The position numbers and the translations under genes are program-made. Below the pieces are notes generated by a model. It did no database searches. It was not told where the DNA came from and saw only the letters and a list, made by a program, of their open reading frames with translations. DNA of 64,000 nt from Rhina ancylostomus (lineage: Eukaryota), in the NCBI GenBank assembly GCA_030265395.1, contig JARFYF010000058.1:20151006-20215005 (forward strand), written 5' to 3'. Numbering within the stretch: the first letter of the stretch is position 1; every line of letters starts with the position of its first letter. Shown here one piece after another: positions 12,698 through 24,355 of this stretch.

Positions 12698-12946
12698 AGA
12701 TTATGGCCCTTTTGTACCTCATTCCATATACAGGCAGCCAACAATACTAATCCTCCATCTCTGAAGCACTTAGCAGTAGATTACATCCACAATCAACATG
12801 GGGAAACTCACCAAACACAGGATTAGATTACCATCCTTTTGTACCTTGTTCCACATACAGGCAGCCAGCAATGCTAATCGCCTGACTCGGAAGCATTTAG
12901 CCATAGATTATATCCACAATCAAGAGGGGAAGCTCACTAAATAAAA
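12698..12946. repeat. Diverged tandem duplication of about 125 bp
   Basis: Two units, each AGATTA...CCTTTTGTACCT...ATACAGGCAGCCA.CAAT.CTAATC...GAAGCA.TTAGC..TAGATTA.ATCCACAATCAA...CTCAC.AAA. Confidence 0.88.
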
Positions 12947-13029
12947 GGCACAAATGTACAGGCAAAACACACCATTCCTTCATTGTGCAGTAGAAAATAC
13001 CAGAACCCCCTAATGAAAAATGAAATACT

Positions 13030-13290
13030 TGACACCTGCAATATAATGTCTCCTCAGGTTGTCTTTGTAGTTCAAAGTATAGGGCTAATGATTTTCATAT
13101 GGATGTCAGCTCCACTATCGTGTTATGAACCATGGAGCATACCTTTACTTAAAGCCTCCCTGCTGAACAGCTGCGTCTTCATGTGTTGCTCACCTGCCAT
13201 GTCCAGATCCATTAGATTACTGTAGTAAAAGCCGCTGCCTTGGCAATAGATGCCTCCATTGCCTTCTTTTATCCTGTATGCCCTGGCTTG
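13030..13290 (-). pseudogene. PIF/Harbinger transposase N-terminal fragment (fossil)
   Basis: Minus strand 13206-13130 reads LDMAGEQHMKTQLFSREALSK, frameshift, VCSM. This resembles the HARBI1-type YLDM.EEQC.RRLRFSRE.V.EIC. Confidence 0.45.
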
Positions 13291-14174
13291 TTCCTGTTTC
13301 ATTAAGTTAGCTGCAAAATTGATGTTCCTTGTGCTATTTGATTTAGTCCAGGATGGTAACTAACTCTTTAAAAACCTCCCACTAAGTCAGCTCCCAAACA
13401 CCAGGCCATGACAGCAGCAGAATTTTCTCCTTGTGATTCCTTTGTACATTTTTGCATGCCTTAAATCATAACAGCAATAATAGGAAAAAAAACATGAGAC
13501 TAATGAGATATACCTTTGCATTCTTTGGCCAAAAGTCTCCAGCAACTGAGCAAGGCAGCAGTTGGCACAGCTGTGCATCACTGTTATTCTATTGACCAGA
13601 TTTTCATTCAAATTATTGAATTCCAGTGAAATAGCAAAAGCAATTCTGATCCTCAGGAGTAGAACTGTCAAAGATTATAACCATCAAATAGGACTTGGAG
13701 AGATATTAAAAAATCTAAAATGCAAAAAATTATCAAACCATTTGAAAATGCAGAAGGTAATTAGCTACCAATTTACAGCTGCATTTTCAAATAGTTTGAT
13801 AGTTTTGTATTTCAGAACACCTCTGAATGCTATTTCAGACATGTTCACAATGCTATGAACATTAATCATGTGGGGATTCATAAGTGACATCTATTTTAAT
13901 GACTTTGCATGAAATTCACTCAGTTAATTGGCCTCCCTCAATTTGCGCAAAAGATCACATTGCACACTTGTGTCTTCTGATGGAGTCAACTGCAAAATTA
14001 TGCTGGCGCATGATTCAGGCCAATAGCTTCTCATTCCTCTGCATCTATTATCCTCCTGTTCAACAGGTAAATAGCATTTGAATTTCTCCTCCATATATAT
14101 TCAGTATAATAGATGAGTTTCATCCACAAAGGTCGCTGTGCTTACAAACTGAATTTGAACATAACACACATATA

Positions 14175-14306
14175 CAGCAAGTTGGTTAGAACTCATATCA
14201 CCCTTAGTTTTGTGCCATACTATTGTTCTATGTAAGTGACACTTGCTTCTGAAATTAATAGCAGACAATAACTTCAAGAGAAGTAACCTCTAGTGCCAAA
14301 GCAGTC
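14175..14306 (+). repeat. Dispersed direct repeat, copy B (partner 12555-12685)
   Basis: Manual alignment with copy A. Confidence 0.8.
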
Positions 14307-16074
14307 TCTGAAATTGCCTTTTTCAGGTAACGCACTCATTGCATAAATATTCCCTTGGGCATCAATGTTTCTATTTGTTGTTTCTCATCTTTTATTCCTT
14401 TATGAAAGTATGAAATAGGAGCACAAATGGTGTTGAATATTATCAGGCATGGATTGCTGGGGAAAACATTGCAATTTATGCAGTGCAGCAAATAATTCTG
14501 TCATGATCAGGAAGTATTCAGAGGTGCATGGATGGTTTAACTAGGGGATTGCTGAATCATCTGGGACAAGATTGCAAGGAAGATGGTTATCATCACAAAG
14601 TCATTNNNNNNNNNNNNNNNNNNNNNNNNNNNNNNNNNNNNNNNNNNNNNNNNNNNNNNNNNNNNNNNNNNNNNNNNNNNNNNNNNNNNNNNNNNNNNNN
14701 NNNNNTTTATGAATTTAAATGCTGAAGGACAGAAAGAGCTATATTCAAAATGATTTGCAACATTCAAAGGAGGCAATGCTCTTCATCGGCTTAATATATC
14801 GAGGACAGTATCATGCAGTTGAGTAACACCACCTTGGTATGCAGCAAGTGAGCCCAAACAAGGATACAATATCCTGCAAATGAATGAGTACATATGAGCT
14901 CAAAGTGTTCCCTATGCAGAATTGACAGTTTGGAGATTAGTTTCTATCAAGTTGTGATTTTCACAGCTGTTTTAAGTAGATGTGGTTCAGAAAATTAAGG
15001 CCCAGTTGTGGCTCAACTAATGTGCTGGCTGCACAGCAATACAGTGCACAGTGGAGCCCGTGCATAAACTGCTGCTAGAATGTATCTGAATATGTCCTAA
15101 GCCATATAGTGCAGCTGAGAAAATGATCAACGTGAAGGCCATATGCAGTATACTTTTTAAATACAATTATTAGCCTTATCACACTGCAGAAAAAATAATG
15201 TGGAATAACACAACTATTCTGAGAAAACTACGAGGATTACCTTTCCATTCCAGGAAAGCAAACACAAAGTCAAAGGATTCAAACTTTGTTAGCAGGTTTC
15301 AAATTAGGAATTAATTAAGTTTTAACTAGAATCTTAACTAAACTTGTTATAGCTGCAGTACAATAAACTAATTATTGTGCTGCAGTTCATTGATGTGCAA
15401 GAATAATGAGTTGGCGTGAGCCATGACATATCTTGCAATCAGAAAGGATGTCTTATTATGAGTTAATTTTAAAACAGTGGAAAGAAATAGATCATTTAAT
15501 TAAAATACATTCCCCATCAAATTAATTAAATGAAAACAATTATAGCTCCTGGGCACTTGTCTATCCAATTGAACAAAACAAGGGAAGCAAGCCAATGGTC
15601 AAGTGAACCTTGGCTGACTACTAATAGTTATATTTCTAAAGAGAGATTTTGTCAACAATGGTCTATTTTATTCGGGGTGATTCTTTGGCCACCAAAATCA
15701 ATAGAAATTATTTGTCTTTTCACAACAGGCGTCTGATCTGCACCATCAGTTTTTAACCCATGCAGGCAATAGAAAATCTACCTTGAGATCTCTTACAGGA
15801 TTGGACATTCATTTATGTTACTGCCCCTCTTCATTCAGGAAAACCACATGGCATTTTTCATTTTTGTTCTTAAATTTTAGCTTTCCTTGAAGATATTACT
15901 GTGCCCCAACTGGGGTAAAGAGGAAATGAAGTCTGACTTGTTTCAAAATTCCCAATACTACAACGTTACTTTTTTCACTAAGGTTAATACCTGGACAATT
16001 TCTACTCCTCAGCTGATCTGTCTGGAGATAATGTAAAACCAGAGAGAGCCAAAAAAAGTGCTGGAATTGGGAAA

Positions 16075-17100
16075 AATAAAACACCATAGTTGCAGAAAAT
16101 CTGAAACAAAAGAGAATTCTGGAAACATAAAAGGTCAATAATCTTTCATGAAAACTAAGTTCTGATACCAACTGGAAAGGCTGCTTATTTGAAATTATTG
16201 AGTTCAGTGTTAAGTCCAGACAGCACTAACATAGTTGATCAGAAGATGAAACGTTCCTCAAACTTATGATCAGCTTCACTGGAATAACATAGCAGACCAA
16301 AGAGAGAGAGAGAGGTCTTAGTTGGGAGTGGAATATAAAATTGACAAGCAACTGGAAGCTCAAGGTCATCTTTACAGATTGAACAGAAGTGATCTACAAA
16401 ATGGTCACCCTATTTGCACTTGGTTTCTCCAAAGTAGTGGGGACCACATTGTGACTATCGCATGCAGTACAGTAAACTTAAATAATTACAAACGAATTAT
16501 TGCTTTGCATGAAAGGAATATTTGGGTCCCTGGATGATGGGGAGGAAAGAGGGAAGCTCAGGAGGTGCCATGAGAAGGGAAGTGGGTGTTGGTGGAGATG
16601 AAAGTGAGAACCAGGGAGAGAATGGTTTATTCAAAATGCTAAAAAAGGGGAGGGAAAAATATACCTGGTGATGAATCATGGTGAAACTGTCCAAGGATGA
16701 TCCGTGGAATGTGATCGCTGGTGGAATAGAGAGTTAGGACAAGAGAACCCTATCCTTTCTCTGGATTAAAGAGGGTATAAGAGCACAACCAAACCGACGT
16801 GATTGTGTGTCCTGTCAATTACACATAGATATGTGCGATTGTGTATCCCCCTTCCTACAGTGGAAGGGGAGACCACGATTAAGGAAAAAGGAAGACTTCT
16901 TGGAAACAATGTTGTGGAAAGTATCTTCATCTGGGGTGCAAGTGGGAAGAATCTGAGAAAGGAGAGCAAGAATAGAGTCAGAATAGGAATAAAAATGTTC
17001 TGTGGGACAAGCAGCAGCTAAAATGATGGGTCTGCTGGTACAGAGCTGCTTGAAGATTTTGGGGAGGAGGTAGATATGGGCCAATATCTATCACAAGCAT
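16075..17100 (-). mobile_element. Penelope-like retroelement, internally deleted (RT N-terminus fused to post-RT region, then GIY-YIG and 3' terminus)
   Basis: Minus strand gives IYLLPKIFKQLCTSRPIILAAACPTE (RT start FYLLPKIHK...GRPIVS.C.CPTE), then DEDTFH...SSFFLNRG. At about 16480-16350 it gives LLYCMR*SQCGPHYFGETKCK*GDHFVDHFCSICKDDLELPV (GIY-YIG), followed by a terminal repeat remnant. Confidence 0.88.
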
Positions 17101-17671
17101 TANNNNNNNNNNNNNNNNNNNNNNNNNNNNNNNNNNNNNNNNNNNNNNNNNNNNNNNNNNNNNNNNNNNNNNNNNNNNNNNNNNNNNNNNNNNNNNNNNN
17201 NNATCAGAATTCAGAAATGCTTAAATTGAAATCTATCCCATTTGAAATTGAAATTGTTTTATGACAGCTCATTAAATACAAAGTACCTGATCTTCATGAA
17301 CTGATCTTAATATCACTTCCAAAACCAAATAGTTTTCAAAATTCCCTGGGTATTAACAAATTATGCAATACTTAGTTGAACTGATTTACTCATTTTATTT
17401 ATCTATTCCTTGCTAATAGTTTGTCCACCTTAGTCAGTGAGCCAAGTACTACTGCACCATTTTATTAATAGGAATAAAGCAAAGGTGTGGTTGGTAAGCT
17501 GTACAATTGGCAGAGAGTGCAACACAGCGCCGACAAACTGGAAATAGAAGCATAATATTGTTGAAGCTAGAAACCCGAAATAAAAGTAGGAAATGTTGCT
17601 TGCCCTGCTCAGCATTTCCAGAAGTTCTCTTAAAATAAATTCCAAATATTTGTAATCTCTGGTTATCCTGA

Positions 17672-17835
17672 AGACACAGGAGACTGCATATGGTGGAATC
17701 TAGAGCAACCAACAATCTGCTGGAGGAACTCAGTGAGGAGGGAAGAAATTGTCAATGCTTCCAGTCAAAACCCTGCAGGTTTCACCCCACAGATGCTGCT
17801 CAACCCACTGAGTTCCTCTAGCAGATTGTTTGTTG
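17672..17835 (-). mobile_element. Short palindromic Penelope-terminus-derived insert with perfect 15-bp TSD
   Basis: 34-bp inverted arms at 17702-17735 and 17806-17839 (2 mismatches). Flanking direct repeat CTCTGGTTATCCTGA at 17657-17671 and 17836-17850. Confidence 0.88.
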
Positions 17836-18074
17836 CTCTGGTTATCCTGACTTCAGTAACTTAGTTTCATCAATGTTTAGTTTGATATGACATGCTAGAA
17901 ATATCTATGTGCAAACCACATATGTTGTTCTTCTATACTGTCTGCTTAATCTAGACCTAGGCTGATGCTATGGGACTAAGCTTTAATTCCTGTACATGAC
18001 AAACCTGTGGACCTCAAAGTGTTTTTTTTATTCCTAATTCATGAAAAAAGTGGAAACTAAAAAGCAAAGAGTTT

Positions 18075-18625
18075 TTGGAGTACAAGTGTACAAATCATTT
18101 AAAGGTGATACCAATCAAAAAGCCTAATGGAAATACTAGCCTTTATCACTATGAGGCTGGTATGTCAAGAAGACATTGTGTTTGGGGTCAGTAGAACTTA
18201 TTCAGACCTCAGCCTGAAGTACTGCTTTCAATTTGAGCACAGGCTGCATAAACGGAGCCTGCATTCCCTTGAGTGTGGAATATTGAGGGCGAGCTGATTG
18301 AGGTGGTTAAAAATGAAAAGGGTTTATTCTGGTGTACATACAAAAAATCTGTTTGCTCTGATGAGGACAAGGGGAGATAATTTTAAAATGTTGAACCAAG
18401 CCACTTAGAATAGAAACCACACTGTGGTAACCTTAGAGAAATCTGAAGATCCCTCTTCAAAAGACAATGGATGCTCCAAAGATTGGAGCTTGCAAAACTG
18501 AAATATTTATCGGCTAAGGGTATGATGCAATATAGAACTAAGGTGGGTGAATGGAATTACAGTGCTGATCAGCCTTGTTCTATTTGGTATATGAGGATGA
18601 CTGAACTACTTCTGTTACTACATTC
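18075..18625 (+). mobile_element. CR1 LINE ORF2 C-terminal and 3'UTR fragment
   Basis: GGAGTACAAGTGTACAAATCATTTAAAGGTG, AAAGCCTAATGGAAATACTAGCCTTTATC, AGACCTCAGCCTGAAGTACTG, and 3'UTR-like GATCAGCCTTG. Confidence 0.7.
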
Positions 18626-20144
18626 ATGTGCATACAACATCCATCGTCTGTAAACCACTTCTATTACTGGTTTCTATTCTTGATCTGTTTTTTTAGTGAA
18701 TAATAATTACAATGGTTATTTGCATTGCATAATAATGCTCCAACATCCTGTAATATGAAATGTCGGTGGTCATCTAAACTTCCACCGACAGTAAAACTCT
18801 ATTAATCCAGCACATTTGAGACTTTGATGGTGTCAGACTAGCAGATATTCCAAACAACTGGATGTTTTTCTGTTAATACTCCAACACACATGTCATCACT
18901 TTTTCTTTAAATGAATAGTATTTTTTCCCCAGTGATCCCATTAAGCTTAAAGGGACCTTGGGAAACAGAACCAGGTACATTTCAGCAAACACAACCAACA
19001 GGACCAGAAGCTGATGCCCCACCAAGTGGAAAGGGACCGTGGCAAACATCACCATCAGAAATTCTGAATGGTTAGATAGGGGATTATTTGAGTTTTATTA
19101 CATCCAATTCTAGGCCCAGGTGTTTTCTTACAGGAACTTGGGAAGGCAACATCTTAAGCATTGATGTGTTATTGGAGGGAGAAGGTCTGTTCAATGCTGT
19201 CACAGCGTCTTGCCTGCAGTCAGGCTCCAGTTCTCATTCCTGTGGTTATGAAGCTGCTAAACTTGAACTAACAACTGTGAGTACTCAAACACTCCAAAAT
19301 GAAATTTAAAATGATTCATTACGAATAGTTTATCTGAATAACAGTCAATTTCAGACTGAGTACTCTTCATTATTCAAGAAAAAAAACATTAATTAGCAGG
19401 AAGAGATTGCTAAGAGCACTTCTGGCTGTTAAGCTCAAACTGAAGAATTCACTGGCATTAGCTTTCTTTTTCTCCGTAATGCAGGATGCACGGAAAAAGT
19501 GGCTTTTTCCTACAAAATTATTGCCTGGCACTTAGCTGTACTCTCCCAAGTCAAATTTCCTTTTAGTTTCCATTTTCCCCAACATGGCAGGTGACATCAC
19601 CTCCAACACTGTCTTCTTTTTGCTTTTTGAAAACAGTAGACATAAACACAATTTGCTGTAAAAACAGACATCACTGGTGACAAAGGCTTCCACAAAGCTC
19701 TCCACTGTGATCGATGGGGATTGTCAACAAGGGGAATGCAGACACTTTGAAACATCTTTTATTGATCTTTGCATGAAATGATAAGAAATAGATCAGTGCT
19801 CGAAATGAGACATCGGAGGAGGGTTTAGACCTTAAATGCTGAGAGCTTGGAACTTGACTTTAATTAACCTGCACTGGCTGCTTCACTTAATCCAATGGTA
19901 CTACTGAATAGAAATAACCATTCCAGTAAATCATAATACTCAGTCACAGGTCATCCTTGCTATTGGAGGCAAACAATTCTTCAGGTAAATTCAGATCTGG
20001 AACTCTGCTCTCACTCACTACTAATGCTGCCCCATTCATTTATCCTCAGTTTCCCGGTCATTCAAGGAACTGTTTATTGCTTTCCTCTTTCATACCCAAA
20101 CTCACCAGAAGGGAAGAACTGCTCCAGCTGTCTTGTTTGATAAA

Positions 20145-20285
20145 AGCTTAGCTACAGTCTTTGTCTTTTGAGTCAGATAGTCACAGGTTCAATCCTCTCT
20201 CTGGAGCTTCTGCATATATACAGCCTCAGCTGACACAGCATTGAAATATGGAGAGAGTACTGTGCTGTTAGAGATATTGGCTTAG
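20145..20285 (+). mobile_element. DeuSINE (SacSINE1-like) 5' head, split from its 3' half
   Basis: TTTGTCTTTTGAGTCAGATAGTCACAGGTTCAATCC (tRNA-like head with B box) ... GCTGACAC...GAGAGAGTACTGTGCTGTTAGAG. Confidence 0.65.
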
Positions 20286-20469
20286 AAATTCATTAGTGCA
20301 GGAAATTGTGTAGTGAAACGCAAGGTATGGGGGACTCATTCTACTTTGTCCCAGAGCTGCTTATACATGAAATTTATTCCCTTACCTCATCCAATAATTT
20401 GTGTGTTTAAGCAAATCATCAGTGTTTTATTTGCATACAATATAAAAGGGAGTAATTTTAGGAATCCCA

Positions 20470-21330
20470 AGTACCTGCTGAATGATAATGCATGATGTTT
20501 GAAGCTTCTTATAAGGGAGCGGCTCGCTGCCTCAAAACACTGCTGGAAACTACTGTGCAGCTGGAAAAGCACTCAAAAGAGCAGTGAGTTGGCAGGAACC
20601 TAGTCATGTCCACAGGACATATTCAAGAGTGTGCTATCATAGGATCGGCCACTGGAGACATGCAGGTCTTATGTGGACCTTCTCGTCACCATGACTAAAC
20701 CTTTGAAGCTAACTCCTTTTGCAATCCCACTTGCACAGGCCCCAGCAGCTACATCAGCAGAAACTGCATTTGACACTCATAGCCAATTCAGGCTCAAACA
20801 CCATCACTCCACATACAGTGGAGGGTGGGGACTGAGCAGCTTCACTTGGCGTGCTGGTAGGCACTACCGGCCTGCACTGAGGCAAGTACAGCCAAGCTTA
20901 TGAGTTTGTTCCTCAAGGGAGAGGCTGCACATCACAAGTCCAAATGCTTTCTACTCGAACAGGAGATTCATTTCTCTCTCCTCAAGAACACAGGCTCCAT
21001 CATTTTGTGAGTGCAATGGTGACCTACAAATGACAGGCAATGGCATATTTCAGCCACCACCTGGGATAATCTGTACTGTCAGAGGTTTAACACAATCGTG
21101 ACCTTCACCTCCAAATATCTGAAGGTTCAGGTTCAGCTATCTGGCTGGAATCCAAACTGCGATAGCTGACAGATCGGAGTGACCATCTGCTTTGAAAACC
21201 TTGCCTCCAGACACATTGGTCTTTGGATAGGTTGAGGTTGGATTGTTGTGTGATTGAATTTCCTTCCTGCTGCCATTCGGATAAATCGTTACCCTGGGAC
21301 TCCATCTGCCTGTTCTGCTGAAGGTAACAA
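20470..21330 (-). pseudogene. PIF/Harbinger (HARBI1-like, DDE_Tnp_4) transposase fossil, near full length
   Basis: Ordered minus-strand motifs with stops and frameshifts: LNLSKDQCVWRQGF, MVTPICQL...FQP, LEVKVTIVLNL, SVQAGSAYQH (cf. VQGAIDCTH), LYVE*WC (cf. LNVQLVC), GDEK...MSPV (cf. GDKGY...MTP). Confidence 0.7.
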
Positions 21331-21351
21331 AGTCTGTAGCAGTTGACAAAA

Positions 21352-21572
21352 AGCAAATAACTTATCCTGATGTTTAAGCCAAGGCATCTCTCAGTCTATA
21401 CTTCCAATATATTAACCAATTCTTTAGCTGAGTGCTATTTCAGGGACATTGTTATAATCAAATTAACTGCTCTGCTTCCTATAAAACAACCATGATTATA
21501 TTCCAAAGCAAATCATTGGCTAGCAGAGGCTCCTGAATGTTCCATGTCTAAAAGTCACTACATAACTAAAAC
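21352..21572 (+). mobile_element. DeuSINE 3' half (Deu domain and L2-like tail)
   Basis: TGCTATTTCAGGGACATTGTTATAATCAAATTAACTGCTCTGCTTCCTATAAAACAACCATGATTATATTCCAAAGCAAATCATTGGCT matches the Deu-domain pattern. Confidence 0.65.
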
Positions 21573-22289
21573 CAAATTACTTCAAATGTATTCACAAGGT
21601 CACTATCAGATCTTATTCTTCACTTTGCTTATGCTGCTCTTATCACCGTTACATCACTGAAAATTGGTATAATCAGACTCTTCGAAAATATTTGCTCAAA
21701 AGCATTTTATAATGTGATGTACATTCCAATGACCTGCCTCATGTTCCAAATGTTTATTACATTACATAAAATATGGTCCCTTCACACTTGATGTCTTCAG
21801 TATTGGACTTATGAAGAATTTCATTAAATACCCTGCTTTGGAGTATGCTGAGGTTAAACGAATACATTCATTGCAGTGTACTTCGTCTCTGCTGCAGTAC
21901 TTTTTCTGTACACCTCTCTTAGCCTCTGATTAGCCTTTAACTTGTTCTGTGAGATTCTATTTTCATTCCACTGAGCTATTTCTCCTTTCTTCCTGTGCGA
22001 TTTCAAGAGATAATTTTCCATTGTTATTTGGTGAGCCAGGTATCACTCTAACGTCCTATTAAACTTTTTAGGTTCTGTCACAATAGAAATGAAGATAATA
22101 CAGGCTAGAGATTGCACATGGGGATGACTGGAGTGAGAAACACTATAGTAGTTGGTTCTTATTAACCCTCATTAACTCCATCTGGAGGCACTCAAATATA
22201 TCCTGCTAAGTGGGTAGAAATATTTCCTTTAATTACTATAGGGACAACATGTCACTCCAAGAAGAATCTTTCCCACATTAATGATCCTA

Positions 22290-22830
22290 TTCTTCATACC
22301 CAATTTAATGATCTGTTCTTCACCAGGTTTTGAATTCACTTGTTTCTGATGTATTCTGGGGCCCTCTGTTTCCTCACATTAGTGAGAAGGCTGATAGAAA
22401 TTTCTCTGGGATCTGCCATGCAAATCTCTGCTTGGTCAAAAGAATTAAAGCAAATGTACAAGGCTTCTTTATTCCCTCTGGTCTCTTGTAAGATGAATGG
22501 TTCACTCTCAGCCAATCTTCTATACCCATGTTTGAGATTCCACTTCCACCACTGGTTGCTACCATTCATGATGTGCAATCTTGGTGTATTGCTTGATCAT
22601 GACCAGAGTTTCAAATCCCATACTTGTCCCCCAAACTTAACATCAAAATTATTAATAATGCTGTTAAATCCAACCTGATTCATGCTTTTATTAGCTGCTT
22701 CTCCAGTGTACTACTGCCATCCTTCTCCAATGTACATGGTAATACATCTGAAATTCCACTATCCCGTACTGCACTAAATATTACCCACTGAATTGGTCTT
22801 CATCACCTACGCTGGTTCACACAACATTGA
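22290..22830 (+). mobile_element. L2 LINE ORF2 fragment
   Basis: CNLGVLLDHDQSFKSH (cf. RNLGV.FD..LSF..H) in ORF 22340..22678, and CTGATTCATGCTTTTATT (LIHAFI). Confidence 0.65.
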
Positions 22831-23749
22831 ATTCAATAGAACATATGTTGTTCCCCTATTTCCTTATCCTCCTTTTTTCATGTTCTCCTTTCACTCCCCA
22901 ACATCCCCATTCACCAGCATGGTTGCTCATCTCTTTCAATTTGCTGAGTGAGATTTTTAAATGAATATCAGCTAGTACTGCTAATGCCTACATCCACAGG
23001 GATTGGAAATAATCAAAGCTTTTAATTTCAATTACTCACTCTCAAATTCATTATTGGCTTCATAATATTGGAATTCAAGCAACTGGGTAGAGATTGATTT
23101 TACAATTTCATGCAAGGTTGTTTCTCCTTTAAATGTGATTTGTCTCTCTCAAAATCATACTCTGAATCTTGCTTTCATTCACCCACTCATCAATTTTCAA
23201 AACATTATGATAATACCAAACAAATCTGAGATCTATTTGCTGTGTTCAATTATTCAGAACAGAGGGAAGAAACCAGTCAAATACAGCAAGGTAAAACTAT
23301 TTGTAACATTACAAGCACATCGTTTGAACTATCTGGATAGAAATAACAGCCTAACTGGCCAGCACAGGAACCGTGCCGGGGCAAATTTAAATAGGGCACT
23401 GTGCAATATGCTGGCTTCGCAAATGTGGGTGGTTTTCATCCACATTAACATGATTTCTGCTCATATTCTTGAAGACTGTCATGAGGGGTTGAGTTCAATT
23501 TGGTATTTTTCAAGTGCATTTTTTTTGTAACTGGGACCCATGAGTTCTGTATCCCACAGTCCTTCAGGACTGAAGCCTCCAGACCATTCAGTCAGAGCTT
23601 ATTTCCTCATCTTCCACTTGTCCATCCACACTATGTGCATCAGCCTGTGTGCTTCCCTGTGAATCAGTTCCTAATGTCTCAGAGGTGCATGTCTCTGGGC
23701 TACTGCCTGATGGAGAGGAGAGTAACTCCATGAGAAATGTGCAAAAAGG

Positions 23750-24150
23750 CCTTCCACTTCTACATTTAATTTGTGCAATGTCCAGAGGAATAGATTAGAG
23801 TGGATTGCTTCAGAACAGTGTTCACTTGACTTGCAGTTGTGACATAAGGGTTTCAACAATGTTTTTTGCTAGCAAGTAATTTATGTCCAGTAACATTAGA
23901 AGATGGCTGACTGCATTCCCAAACCATTGAGGGTTCTGAAGCCAGCTACAGGATAACCTCATCTACATTCCGACCAAACTCACTCATGGAGGTTATGGAA
24001 CTTACTATCAAAGTATCAGTGGCCAAAGGTTCAGTCAGTGTGGTGGCAAAAATACATTTTTTGAGAATATGCCAACTGAAAAATGCCAACATTTGTTCCT
24101 CAGACAGCTGAACACAAACCACTTGTCTGTCAATCTCTGCCCCAGTAATG
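23750..24150 (-). pseudogene. Possible additional Harbinger transposase remnant
   Basis: IDRQVVCVQLSEEQ (cf. YR.R..YL.LSEEQC), followed by LLKPLCHNCKSSEHCSEAIH (cf. LMTPLR.P...E..YN.AH). Weak; would require an internal deletion. Confidence 0.3.
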
Positions 24151-24355
24151 CATTTCATCATTGTTTAATAACTCTAAATCAGGAGCAGAAAATGTGATGA
24201 ATTTACTACTAATGTTTAGTGGCAGTGAGATCCTTGAACTGTAATGCAAGTTATCTTGGGAAATAGATTACAATGGCAGGATTAAATTTTATGTTGAATT
24301 AGATTGGGCTGTTTGACTCCCAACATGATATTAAATTCTCTACACTGCAACTGTG

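Noticed and set aside
12698-12946. CRISPR-like array
   Set aside because: Only two diverged units with no spacers, in a eukaryotic context with no cas genes.
20673-20903. Plus-strand 76-aa ORF as a gene
   Set aside because: It lies antisense to the Harbinger fossil and has no recognisable domain.
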